64,000 bases of DNA from contig NW_021826031.1 of NCBI RefSeq assembly GCF_006345805.1, positions 604,566-668,565 of the forward strand, read 5' to 3'. Below the pieces are notes generated by a model, which was given only the letters and a program-made list of their open reading frames with translations, did not search any database and had not been told where the DNA came from. How positions within the stretch are numbered: position 1 is the first letter of the stretch; each line of letters starts with the position of its first letter. The translations under genes were made by a program, and so were the position numbers. Below, in pieces: positions 23,484 to 36,269 of the stretch. Origin of the DNA: Octopus sinensis. Taxonomy: Eukaryota.

Positions 23484-24569
23484 ATGTGCGACATTGATAA
23501 GTGGATTGAGATCTGTAAAAAGTGCAAATATTTGCCAGAATCATATCTCATGGTAGATTTAAATGCGAAAAAATACAAAGAATCTTTGTAATTACGTAAA
23601 GGAAATATTAATTGAAGAAGCAAATGTCCAAAGAGTAGACCTTCCTGTGACAATCTGCGGGGACATCCACGGCCAGTTTTACGATTTGTTACGACTCTTT
23701 GAGATCGGAGGAGACCCAACGAACACTAGTTATATTTTTATGGTATGTCCCCCCTCATAACCGCAGGGGGACTACGTGGACAGAGGGCACTACAGTCTGG
23801 AGACACTGACCTATCTGCTTCTCCTGAAGGCTCGTTCGCCAGGAAACATAATTCTTCTTCGAGGCAACCATGAAAGTCGAGGAATCACGAAGGTCTACGG
23901 ATTTTACGGTGGAGGTATCGCAACATTGCTAGACGAATGCCTCAACAAGTACGGGAATTCGTGTGCCTGGCGACACTGCTGTGAGATCTTTGATTATTTC
24001 ACAATTACTGCGGTGAAATATCTATTTTGAGTTTTAGATTATCGACGGGAGGTATTTATGTGTACACGGAGGACTGTCACCGACTGTGAACACGCTTGAT
24101 CAGATCAGACTCATCCACCGTAACCAGGAAGTGCCCAACCAAGGAGCATTTTCAGGTGATTAGTGTATATTGGAGAGTAGACTTATTATGGTCTGACCCT
24201 GAAGAGATTGAGACATGGAGTATCAGTCCTCGAGGAGCAGGCTGGTTGTTCGGATCAGCAGTCACTTTTAACGTAGGCTGAGAGTGCTTATTGTAGTTTT
24301 GTCACGTCAATCAAATTGAGTTGATATGTCGTGCTCATCAGTTGGTGAATGAAGGTGTGTTGTGTTATATTATTCTAGGGATTAAGTACATGTTTGACAA
24401 TAAGGTGTTGACCGTGTGGTCTGCCCCCAATTACTGCTACCGTTGTGGTAACCAGGCTGCCATCGTTCGCTTTAATGAGGATTATTCTCGTGATATTAAA
24501 GTGTTTGATGCTGTCCCGGACGAGGACAGAGTAGTGCCACAAGGAATTGTTACTCCTTATTTTATATAA
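23484..24569 (+). CDS. PPP6C: Serine/threonine protein phosphatase 6 catalytic subunit, 8 exons
   Basis: Motifs [83 protein letters not shown]. Introns 23553-80, 23743-66, 23909-32, 24013-37, 24156-80, 24273-96, 24355-78. Confidence 0.93.
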
Positions 24570-24889
24570 CATGGACTATTTAAAAATGATATTTTTTAAT
24601 AATATTTGATTAACTGGAATATTTATTGTATATAGTCTTGTAAAAAACAATGCTTATTTGATACCGTACATACGATATGAATATATTAAGATTTGCTAGT
24701 AAAAATTTAATTGATAATTTATCGACACACGGAATTTAGAATGCTCTATCGAGCGTTAAATTTAATTCGAAAAAACACAAAACGATTCCTATAAAACTGA
24801 TTTTTGAAATATCCTGTAAAGTCCAGAATAAAAGAGATGAATAAAAAAACGGTCTTTTTGATTACGTTTTGTTTATTTTTATAATCACA

Positions 24890-25500
24890 AATAAACCCGT
24901 AAATATCGCTCTTTTTCGTTAGAGATCACATCCTTCGATCCCAGTTTAACGATTTCCGGTTCAATTGATTTAAGTGACTTGTCTATCGCAATGTTGAGTT
25001 CCTTTTTAAGGGGGACTTCCATTATAGGTCGTCTGCCCCTCGTTAGTTTTTTTTCCGAATTAATTTTGAGACTTCTGGTGCTTCCAGATTTATAGTCTCA
25101 GTCTGAGTATAGTTGTCATTATATTTTGCGTCTATAGGTTCATCCGTTTGGGTTCCAAAAGATACACTGCTTTTAAGGACTTGTGTTAGCAGACGATTCT
25201 TCCAAACAGGAGTTTCAGTTTGCTGTTTCTTCCAAGCTGAGGTCACACTTTGTAAGTTTTTTCCAGCCTTCATGAAACACTCCATTTTAAAATCCGGTGA
25301 GATTATCGTCGAGAGATACTTCTCCAGTTCTTTATTACTTGCCCAGTATGGGATATTCTTTAAGAAGATCTCCAAAGGACGTAACTCAAATTGTCATATT
25401 TGATGACAATCCGAGTCAAAAGGTTTCAGCTGATGAAGATCCATTTGGAAGTTATTATCCTCTGCATGAGATCTATAATCGAGTAAATATGAGCCATTTA
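24890..25500 (-). pseudogene. Broken coding-like remnant, possibly LINE ORF1 or RRM-like
   Basis: 110-codon frame EIFLKNIPYWASNKELEKYLS... has no ATG and an upstream stop. The resemblance to ORF1/RRM N-termini is only by eye. Confidence 0.3.
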
Positions 25501-25604
25501 TTTTGTGTGAAATTCTTGACTTTAAGACAGTTGGAATTGAGCATATTATGTCGTAAGATAAGATAGATATTATGTTGTATTTCTGTATTTAAATAATTCA
25601 AACA

Positions 25605-26263
25605 ATCATTCTCGCCTACGCTGACGACCTACTCATTGGATCACGTGACCAAGACCTCTCGAAAGCTTTCAAAAGAACACAAGATCTCTTATTACAAATT
25701 CGAACTTGGCTATATCAAAACAGGATGAACATCTCCCCCGAAAAATCGTCCACTACCCTATTTATGTCGGACAAGAGACTTGGAGGCCTTACTGTTGTTC
25801 TTTTTCTGGACAACGAAAAGATCCCATTCACGAAGAACCCTAAAATTCTGGGGGTCACTTTTGACACCCATATGTGTTTTACTGCCCATTTAGAGAGGGC
25901 CATCGGATCCAGTCAGAGAAAGATTGGACTAATCAAATCGATTTTTGGTGGACTAAAGACACCGTTCCCGGCTCTCGGCACTATCTACAAACAATTCATC
26001 GAACCAACAATTGGCTACGCCTGCGCCGCTTGGGGTTCTAATCTCTCATGGTCTAACCGCCTTAAAATTGAGACTACACTATGCCGAGCCGCGGCTAGCA
26101 TAACGAAAATTTCCAAACTGAACAACATTACCCCAACTCCGCTTGACCAACTTATTAAGAAAGATGGAAAGGGTTTCTTAGCCATCCAACAAGACCACCT
26201 GGGTTAAAATAATAATAACTGTTGGTGATTCTTGGGTTAAAATAATAATAATAATAAACAATA
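25605..26263 (+). mobile_element. 5'-truncated LINE (Jockey/I-group-like), RT C-terminal half
   Basis: AYADDL, NISPEKS, PKILGVTFD, IYKQFIEPTIGYACAAW. Stop at 26207, then (AAT)n tracts. Confidence 0.85.
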
Positions 26264-28861
26264 ACTCGGGAGGTGGACTGGCTTTTCCAGCAGTTTTCGA
26301 TCGCCGTTATCCGGGGGAAAAGTTTGGCGACCCGTCAGACCGCTGGCCCTCGGGGCGATTAATCTTTTAACACTTTTTACAACGCCAAGCACATAGAGCT
26401 TGGTTTCAGGGTAACCAATGCGCATGGTTTGGCTCTGAAGACGCTGGTTGAAGACCTCGGGCTGGAAATCCGGACTTCAAGTGAGCAAAACCACATCGAT
26501 TCGCGAGGCGGACGAGACTGGCTAGGGCTTGCTCTGGTCAGTCCTGGAATGCTAAATTGGGTTAGTAAAACAATCTTATTGCCCGATATTGGAAGCGACC
26601 ATCTGCCTCTATTGCACGAACTCCGCGAGCCAGTCCCTCAAAGGGTTCCGGGATACTTCGACCTCCGGTCGGGTTCTTGGGCCAACCTGGAGAGGTTCAT
26701 GGCCAGCAGGTTGCCCTCACTTCTGGTGGGGAATACCTGTGCCAATATACGTGAGTTGGAGGCGTTAGATAATGGAATCAATGCTGCCCTGACTGATTAT
26801 ATGCGAGATAATTTCAAACAGAACTCAGTGCAAAGTAAGTCACATTCCACGCTCCCATACCGGGTCTTAAATAAAATTAAGTTTAAGCGGGACAAATGCG
26901 TTTACAAGGAAAACCGTGTTTGGTTTCGTGGCTGGATTAGCCGGCTTCAGAGGGAGATCCGAAGAGAAATCCGTGAACTCGAAAGTTCACGGTGGGAGCG
27001 AGCCTGCAGACGCGTAGACGCCCGCTTCCCGGAATTCTGGAAACAGTTGAAGAGCTTGTCGGGGAGAGTGGTAGCAAATTCAGTGCGCCTTAAACGCTCT
27101 GATGGAACCCTCGTTTCGGACCCGGCTGAGGTGGCTGAAATATTTTCGACCCACCTCGATGAAATCTCTGGAACTGACGGAAGCCAGTTCGTGGAGACAT
27201 CGTCCTTTGATACTGTCCAGCAGATATTGTCGTGGGACAAGCGCTGCCAGCTGGGCATATCAAGGAACGATGCAGGCGATATTTCCGAAGCGGAGATTCT
27301 GGCAGCGATCTCCCGAAGTAAGAACACTGCGGCGGGTCTGGACCGGATCCCTATGGCTATCTTTAAGAAGGCCCCTCCGTTGTTGATCACCGCCTTACAG
27401 GTCTTGTTTAGCGGGAGCTTGCGACTTGGGATGATCCCCTCTAGATGGAAAGTGGCTGAGGTAATCCTTATCGGAAAACCCAGGATGCCTCATGATGTCC
27501 CTGGGAGATACAGACCTATTTCCTTGCTTCCCGCTGTATCTAAAATTTTAGACATATTAAAAAACCTTGGTGTCGAAGGAGTCAGGTTCCTAACATCTAT
27601 TTTCAACTATTCAATCAGCAACAATGTGATTTCGTCAATATGGAAACGAAGCCTGGAAGACCAAGAGGGGACCCGTCATCTTTCAGGCCGATTTCCCTGT
27701 TATGTTCGATGTCAAAAATCCTGGAAAGACTGGTTCTTGGCAGAATAGAAGATTTCTTACCCGAAAGACATTTTCAACATGGGTTTAAGGAGGCGAAGTC
27801 CACGTCTTCGTACCTTCAATCCTTGTCAAACTTCATCTGTACCGGTTTTGCCAGCAAACCGAGGCACCAAAAGACCGTGCTCTGCTCCGTCGACATCCAT
27901 AAAGCCTTCGACTCCGTCTTGAGAAAGCTCCTCTCAAGGAAGATATTCCAATCCGATTTTCCTCTGAAGCTAAAAATATGGATTACCAACTTTCTAAGTG
28001 GACGAAGGGGAAGGGTGTGCCTCGGTGGTCTGAAGTCCAAATCTCGTCTTCTACCCAACGGATCCCCCTTATCCCCGGAAACCTATTTTTGGAAGACCTC
28101 CCTCCCTCGACAACAATGACATTGTTCTCTCATACGCGGACGACATCGTACTAGCCTCACGGGACCGGGACATCCAGAAGGCCTCTGAAAGGCTTCAAGC
28201 TAACTTGGATCGGCTGAACCTATGGCTGACGGACAAGCGGCTCGTGGTAAACGCGGCAAAGTCCGCCACGTCCCTCTTCACTTCGGACAAAAGATTGGGA
28301 AGGACTTCAGTCGACTTAAAGCTGAATAATATGTCCGTACGCTTCTACAGGAGTCAGACGGTCCTAGGGATAACCCTAGACATGCACCTCTGTTTCTCCC
28401 CACATGCAGACAACCTCCTTCGCAATTGCGAAAAAAAAAGTTGAACATCCTACGAACTCTATCCGGAATATGGAAAAACGGGTCGCACCCGGTACTGGCG
28501 AATATCTACCGCCAGTACTTCGAACCTTGTATTGCCTACGCCTGCAGATCATGGGGTCCGCGGTTATCGTGGTCCAACAGGAGGCGAATCGAGGAGGCCC
28601 AACAAAGGGCCCTCAGATTAACCGATCGTTGGTCGCATGATAGCCAACGCCCCGGTCCAGCTTCTCTAGAAGACCTCATCAAGATGAACCTGGGCCCGTC
28701 AGCGAATGCTCCGCCAAAAACGGTCTGCCGCCCGGTGCGATTTTGTGTGGGCTCGTGGAAAGATCACCGAGCGAAGATGAGGTCCCTGGTTGAGTGCATC
28801 GAGATCACGTGACGTTTGTTCGGTTTTTAGCGTGATCTTGGTGATTTAATAAATAAATAAA
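26264..28861 (+). mobile_element. APE-type LINE ORF2 (endonuclease end plus RT), chimeric and frameshifted
   Basis: GSDHLP, AAGLDRIP, WKVAEVILIGKP, YRPISLL, QHGF, VDIHKAFDSV, GSPLSP, YADD, LGITLD. (TAAA)n tail at 28848-28861. Confidence 0.88.
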
Positions 28862-29306
28862 ACTCTATGATTGGGTGACTACGAAATAACTAGAAACGAG
28901 TTTTTATTCAAAGGAGGAAGAAGAACTTGCTTTTATATCAAGTGACAGAACATTAAAAATGAAATATGTAAAGCGTAATATTGATTCGTCCTGGCTGATT
29001 ATAAAAAAGAATATCCTATTATAACAAACCACGCTTTAAGAGTTTTAGTTCACTTTCTAACGACTTATCTCTATGAAAGTGGAAATATAGAGCATAAGAA
29101 TGCGCTAACTTACTATACGTAGAACGAGACGTGCGTTTATCCTTTTAAAAGCTAAGGCCGAATATTACAGACCTATGCAAGAGACATCAGCCTTAACCAT
29201 CTCACTAATTTTTGTATTAATAAAACACTGATAATTATTAAAAACTATATATGGGTTCAGTAAGCCAAATAGGGTGCCACGTTCTCTAAAAGGTTGGGAA
29301 CTACTG
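28862..29306 (+). mobile_element. hAT terminal remnant
   Basis: Ends in gtgccac...aaaaggttgggaactactg, a Buster/Charlie-like terminus. The other end is not seen. Confidence 0.5.
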
Positions 29307-29381
29307 ATATAGAAGAAAGAGTTTCTGATTTAGAAGTCTTTATTAATAAAAATATCCAATATCCGAATATTATTAGTAAAT

Positions 29382-32300
29382 CTAATATTTCTTATTTGCG
29401 GATCGACTAATACGTAGACTACATATGCTACTTTATTGTTTTTAGTCGGTTTATTTCCTTGGATAGGTTTTGATTTTCCTCCTCAAGTTCGTCTTTTTCC
29501 GACTGAATCTTCCTTAGCTTATTCTTAAAACTATCCACAGTATCTTCGAGTTCTTCGCAGTTTTTTTTAAGGGTTTTGTTCCGTGATATGAATGTGTCAT
29601 TCTAGACTTTATCTGTGCCAGAAAACCTCGGACTTTGACCTGTTCAGATCTTCTTGCATTGTGTCTGCCAAAATAACGGACTCCTTTAACTTCTTGTTCG
29701 TTAATTTAAGTTTTTTCTCCGCTTCCCGTCGTTGCCTTGGAATAAGGAAGCTATTCAGTTTACCTTATTTCCTGTTCAAGTTCAGTCTCCATTGATGCCA
29801 TTTTTCGCATTTTAGACTCCAAAGAATCTTTGTAACCCTTGACTTTTGTCAGTTCTTCTTGAATGGACATGAGTTGTTCAGTCAATTCTTTATTTTTCTT
29901 TTCGTTATCCGAATTTTGTGTCTTGTATTTTTCACAATTTGCTTTCTCCGCGGAGATTTGGTTACTGTACTGGTCTTTCTAGAAACAGTAATTGGGAAGT
30001 GGATATACAAGAATATTTGATTTACGCAATTCGTCTTCTAATTCTTCGTGATTAACTTTTTCTTCGTCCAATTCTTCTGCTAGGTTGTGATTGATTCTTT
30101 TCAGTTGAGAGATCTCAGATTGGGTTTGGGATAATTTTCCTTGTAGGGTTTCAAGTTCTTGATTTATTTCGTCTTTTTCAGAGGACATGTTTTTCTCACT
30201 TTGCTCCAAATTAGTGACCCGCGAGGTCATTTCTGCAACTGATTGTAACGCAGAGTTCAGTTTTGATTGAAGTTGACTGCATGATTCATTCAAAGAACTT
30301 TCGTTACTCTTGGCATTTTCCAAATCTTTTTGCATTTCTTTGCACAAATTCTAATCGTTAAATTCAAAAAGAGAACATTCTGCTTTTTGTTTTGTTTGGT
30401 CAAATTTTCAACAGTTGATTTTAATTCGTCCATTCTGCTTACAAATTCTTGCGATTCAATCTCCAATTTCTTTTTAGAGGCTAAAGCGGAAGCTTTGGCT
30501 CGACTCTCAGACTGGAGCTCCTGCTGCGTTTCTTCCATCTGTGAAACACATTATCTATATGAACACCTTCTTGTTGATAGATCGTAGTTTATTTTCCATT
30601 TCCTCGGACATTTCGTTAATTTTTCTAGAATAGTCGGTTCTTTCTGCCTGAAATGCCACCTCCTTCCGATTCAGTTCATTTTGAGTAGTAAATAATTCGT
30701 CCTGAAGTTCTTCATGATGAGAAGATATTTCCTCGTTTTTCTTCTTCAAGTCCCGTAGTTGTGCTTTCATGTTCACGTTCTAAACATAAATAGTCAAGGA
30801 AGACATCTGCCGCCTCCCCCGAGACAGTCGATTTCACATCCGCTAATTCCTTTGAAGTAGCGATCTGCCTTTTTGTCATCTCTTCAAGTTCGTTGTTCTT
30901 TTCGTCGCATGCTCGCGTCAACGAGAGACATTTGCTTTCAAGGTTTCTTAAATTTTGTTCAAATGTATCCCGCTCTTTTGTGAGGCTTGAAAATTGTACA
31001 ATTTGAAACAAACTTTGTGTTTAGTGTCTTCACTTCGGACATGGCGGAGTCATATTTTTTTTGTTTTTTTGTAAGATTCGACATTTCGAGTTCAAGGGCT
31101 TCAATTTGGGAATTTGAGTCCGCCAACTTTCAAACTAATCACAAAAATAAACCTCATTTTGATACACCGTGCTTGCTTTTTCGATTTTGTGCTTGGCAGC
31201 CGAAATAATATCAAGTTCAGTCCTAACTGATTCTATTTCTTTTTGAAGTTTTTTTGTAATTTCTTCTATCCGCTCTTTTTCTTCGGTCAAAACAGAAACG
31301 TTACTGACGGCATCGTTGTACTGAAATGTGTTTGGAGGAATACTTTCGATTGAAGTGACATTATCTGTTTCCCTTTGGCCTCAGAATTCAATGCCTCTTC
31401 TTCGATGTGTTCGTTCAGTTCGTCGATAATGGCCTCCATTTTGTTCACTTGACTGTTTGCTTTGGACAGTGAATTCTTCTCGTCCTCGAGTTTGGACTTG
31501 ATTTCTTCCAATTGGGAAGATGACTGTTTTAATTGTCGTTCAAGTTCGGTGTTTTCTTTTCTGCGTCGTCTAACGCTTCGCTTATCCTTGATATTTCGGA
31601 CTAAAAATAGTTCCCACTCATAATACCGCGTCCTTGGATTTCTGTTTAGACATGTCCGACTTGATTTTTTCTAGATCGGTTGCTTTTTGACCCAGTTCCA
31701 TGATTTGCTGTTCAAGTTGTTTCCGTTTTTTATCAGCGTCTTGCTTGTTTTTGTTTAAACTGTCAACTTCTGCGGCCAATTCTTCTTTTTCAGTTTCAGT
31801 CACTTTAAGTTTTTTCATAAAATTGTTTTCACTCTAAACATAGTAGAATTTCTCGACCTTCTGAACTGATTCAACTTGATCGGTAAGACGACTGATTTCA
31901 TCCACGGCCTTTTTCTTAGCGATTCGCATGGCATCTTCATTTTCCGCACTGAGCTCTTCCATTTGTTTTTGGAGTAAATTTATTTTGGTATCTTTTTCTT
32001 TCATCAAGTTCCTCTCGGCTTGACTCAAATCCGCAGCCTCCTCTTCTTGAAGTCTCATTCCTTCCAATTCCTTGAAATCATTTATATTTCAAACGTTCAT
32101 GAGAAAGTGTTTGGACTTTTCAAGGTTTTTTCGGGTTTCTATTTCCCCTTCAAGCTCCTCCTTTAACTCCTCCAGAGTAAATTTCAACTCACGGTTTTCC
32201 TTCATTGACTTTTCCTTTAGCATACTTTCTTCGTCCGCCCTATTAAATCATAAAAAACTATAGACTTTGCTGTTAAAAAGCTCAGTTGCTCATTGTTGGC

Positions 32301-35300
32301 CAAAATTTTCTGGTTCATGTATTGAATTGTCGTTTTTTGTTCCTCGACTTGTTCTTTCAACTCTCTCACGTCTGAGGCACCCTTCCGTTCGGCTTTTTGA
32401 GAATTCACTTTGTCCTGTGGAATATTAAAAGACTTTACAGTTATTTCACTCTGCAGCTGTGCTTGCAATTCGGAGACACTCGCTTCCAGTTTTTTGTTTA
32501 TTTTTTGCATGTTTTTCTTTTGATCTTCTTCAGCGTGTAACAGTTCCTCCATTTTGATCAAATTAGATTCGGCAGTCTTATTTTCTTTTTTAAGCTTAGC
32601 ATAATCTAATATTATGCACATTTTCAATCAAATGAGTTTTATTGGACAAATCGTCCGTTCGCTCCTGCAGTTTTTGTTCCAAATTGCCTTTTTCGTGCAT
32701 TACCCGTCCATACTTATCTTCCTGCTCCCTCAACCTATCAATTACAGCATCCTATTCAATTACGTTTTCTCTGTTTCTGCGACTATTTCCTCCAATTCCT
32801 GCCTTTCTTTTATCACTTTTTTGGAATTTTGTTCAATTTCTTGCATTTCTTCGTTCATTTCTTCAATCAAACTGTTATATTCATTTTTCTTTTTGCTCAG
32901 ATCGGCAAGTTCCTACTTTCAAGAGAAATCCTCACCTGCTCAAGTTCTTCATTTCTGTTAACTTCTTCTACAAGATTTGTAGACGCCTTTGAATTTTCTT
33001 GCTCTAATTTCGAAATTTGATCTATCAAGTTTTGTATTTGCGCGGTCAATTTTTTGACTTGTTCTTTGAGAGAGTTCATTTCATTCTCGACAGCTTTCTT
33101 CTCGTCGTCTTCTCTCTTGAAGTCGACGAGTGGGAGTAGCTATCGATATTATTCTCGAAGTAAACTTTAGTATACATCTTAAACCATCCCCACTCCCTTA
33201 GTCGATTATACCCTCGAAAGTTCTTTTGGATGACAACAACGCTGGAAAGTATATTCTGCAGTTTTAGGTAATGTCTATAATTATCTTAAGTCAAATTTGC
33301 ACTTTTTGGCCAAAAACATTCGACATTTTGTGCACATGTCGATCATGATTGCATTGAGCTTAATATCTCTCTCTTCCTCCAAATTGGCCAATACTCCAGC
33401 TCGAAAAAATATTTTAGTTGTCCCAAGTCGGTAGAGGGTTGAGTCTAACTCAAGTTCCGCCAACTACCACAATTTCCTTAATTAAAGTACCATGTTCTCA
33501 GTGGCCTTTCGACTATCCATAAAATTATCCATTTCTTTTTTAAAGACTAGAATTGAATATCGTTGAAAAAAATCCTGGTAAATAATTCTGTTCGGGAATC
33601 CCTGACGACAAATTCGAATTCCCTCGAGCACTCCGTTGCAACGAAGTTGATCCAAAATAAGAGAATGGTCAATCATCGCAGGCTGAAATAAAAACGATAA
33701 ATTTACCTTTTTCTGTAAGTTGGGTATTATACAGCGGACAAAATGGACTTTGGTATTGGTGAGAGTTTCAATCAACTTTGTCAATTGTCCTCTGTAAAGT
33801 TGAGAGACCGTCCGCAACATTCCACGTTTTTTACGCGAACTTTCTTCAGTGCCTATCGCAGAACGGCCTAAATGAAAAATAAAAATGCTCAGAAAACCTT
33901 CTTTCCATATCTCCGAGACAAGAGGGTTCGAAGAGGATTCAAGTATAGTCACAATGTTGTCGTTAAGTGGATCCGTGTTCTTAATTAGCCAATCTACGCA
34001 GAAATAGTCCACCTATAGTAGTTAATAAAGCTTAAACTCTGCCGGCATAGTGTTGGATACCAAAATCAGCAAATTTTTTTAGTTTTTCAGGAACAATGAA
34101 TTTGTTCTTCTCTTTATTTTGCGAAATAAGTTTTTCAACGAATGATTTGTGTGTAGCTTTTGGAAACAAACATTCCTCGTCAAGCACCGATAAGATACCA
34201 AGAGGCTTAAAAATGCAAAAAAATCAAGACTTTCTCGATAAGTTCAATGGTGGGTTGCAGATCAAGTCCAAAGTCGATAAAATCCCAGCTAATATTTTCC
34301 TTTTTGTATTCCTCTTGTTCCATAATAAACATTGTATGATTGAACAACTGCTGTAATTTCTCATTGGTGAAATTTATGCACAACTGTTCGAATCCGTTGA
34401 CCTAAAGGAAATGACTCCAAAAATGAACCGCAAAGACTTCGAATCCTGCAATATCCAAAATTCCAATGAAGTTTTCGTGAACCAATTTATTTTTGTTAAG
34501 CTGTTTATTGATCTTCACTACAATGTAATTAAACAGTTTCTCATAGGTTGCTTTCACAATTGACTCCACTGAAAAGACTGCCTGAGAACAATTTCGGAAT
34601 TTACAATACCTGGTCCTTTGTCTGTGCCTTTTGTACAGTTTCAATCCCGACTTTGAACTTTGGCTTCAAAATAGCTTGAGTAAAAGCTCCAATTTGAATT
34701 CCTAATAAATGGCACATTTTTTGAGCATCTGTGAATGTAAATATAATTTGGAACATGAATTGTCCGGTAACGTCGCTTGGTCGCCGTTCCGTTCTTTTCC
34801 AAACTCTATTTTTCCAAAGGTCAAAATCCCAAAAAGAATTTTGTAAATATCTGCAATGTTAACAAAACTACCAACTATTCGTGACGTCTGACGAGATTCC
34901 AAGAACATTAAAAGCTTCTTGAGTTTCTTGAAAAAGTTTGGAGTCATCAATTCCTGGGACCTGGATATTTTTGTACGTCAAATATGGATAATTGCTCAGA
35001 TCCTCGCACATAAATTCAGCTGAAACATGTTTCATGATTAATAAAACTCTTTAATTCTTGAGAAAAACCATTTGAGAGAATTTGATAGAAAATATGAAAA
35101 CACCGTTCGTTCTCTGATTGCCTAACGACTCTACTTTTCTCCAACAAGTCTAAAATTTTCAAAATTCAAATTACATGTGTCAATGTTAACAGACGATATT
35201 AGCCCAGAAGAATTAAAGTTTATTTTAATGAATTTTCCCTTTAATAATTAGAAAAAAGTACAAATCTTGAAGAATTGTCATTTTTTATAGTTTTTGCGTT

Positions 35301-36084
35301 CCCAAAGGCCTCTAAGATTGGATTTGTTTGCAAAAGCCGCTCGTTCAAGTCTTCCTATTTGAGGATCAAAATAAAAAACTAACCCCAGCCACGTCGTGAG
35401 ATTTTTCCGTTTTTGCAGCGACCTGAGCTAAAAATTGGATGATTTTTTTGGTATTTTCAGTTTTTCCCGCTCCAGACTCTCCCCTAATTTGATTACCGGG
35501 TAATCAGTACGTGCAAAGAATCGACTGATTGTCCCGATCTACGTGTTTTGTGCAACAAAGCTACCCTGGATCATATTTCTGTAAGCCTCAGACGCGATGG
35601 CGTACACGTGTGGAGGGAGCTCGGTCTTGCGTTTCGTGCTGTAGTGGTTGATGATTTGCGGTGTGTATATTGGCATCTTCCGGTAGGGGTTAATAACAAC
35701 GCAGAACAGTCCAGAATAAGTCTGCTCATTAAAAATGGAAAATAGGCCATTTACATAAATTAGGCCAGCATTGTAGCGAAGACGGATATTGTGCAATACA
35801 GAGGCTTCATTTAGACACGTGAGCTCGGCCATGTCTTCAACTTTGTCAAATTTTGGTGGATTCATTTTGTGGACATCCATTTTTGTAACGTTTTTTATTT
35901 GACCATTTTCTAGCTTGACTTCAATAATTTCCCCGTCGATGTTCGTGATGCTTCCTGCAACAAAGCCTTTTTCTGGATCTGATATCCATGCCATTTTCTT
36001 TGATGACCATTCTTTTAGTGCAGATTCGTCAGAGAGTTCATTCTCTTTTCTGCAGAGATCTTTTAGCACATCTTGTGAGGTCAT
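29382..36084 (-). CDS. Myosin II heavy chain, non-muscle/smooth (MYH9/10/zipper) type; 36 micro-introns; one apparent 1-bp deletion
   Basis: [117 protein letters not shown] region, long coiled coil, stop at 29382-84. Hand-spliced with GT-AG introns of 23-33 nt. The frame breaks once at ~31555. Confidence 0.95.
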
Positions 36085-36269
36085 AATGAAGTTATTTCTT
36101 AATTTAAATTATTTATAAGAATTAATTCTATTTTAATTAATTGGCCTAGCCAATAAAAAATACTCCAAATTAAAATCTATTATTATTTATTAAATAAATT
36201 TTTTTGATGAGTTGAAAGATTTTTGAGAAAATAATGTTTTATTTAGATTATCAGAACAAAAAAACTATT

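Larger units (their letters stand above)
20543..36073. repeat. Segmental duplicate, copy 1 (pairs with 48319-64000)
   Basis: Same genes, ORFs and TE junctions recur in direct orientation, at offset 27927 from the PP6 gene onward. Confidence 0.97.

Noticed and set aside
23484-24569. PP4 or PP2A identity of the phosphatase
   Set aside because: [19 protein letters not shown] and AVPD..RV.P..TPYF fit PP6 better.
29592-35745. Plus-strand ORFs opposite myosin (and their copies at 57519-63672)
   Set aside because: Antisense shadows of K/E-rich coiled-coil codons.
21536-36084. Ciliate origin or TAA/TAG=Gln code, suggested by ~25-nt introns
   Set aside because: Spliced genes have no internal stops and end in TAA or TAG; an animal-type myosin II is present.
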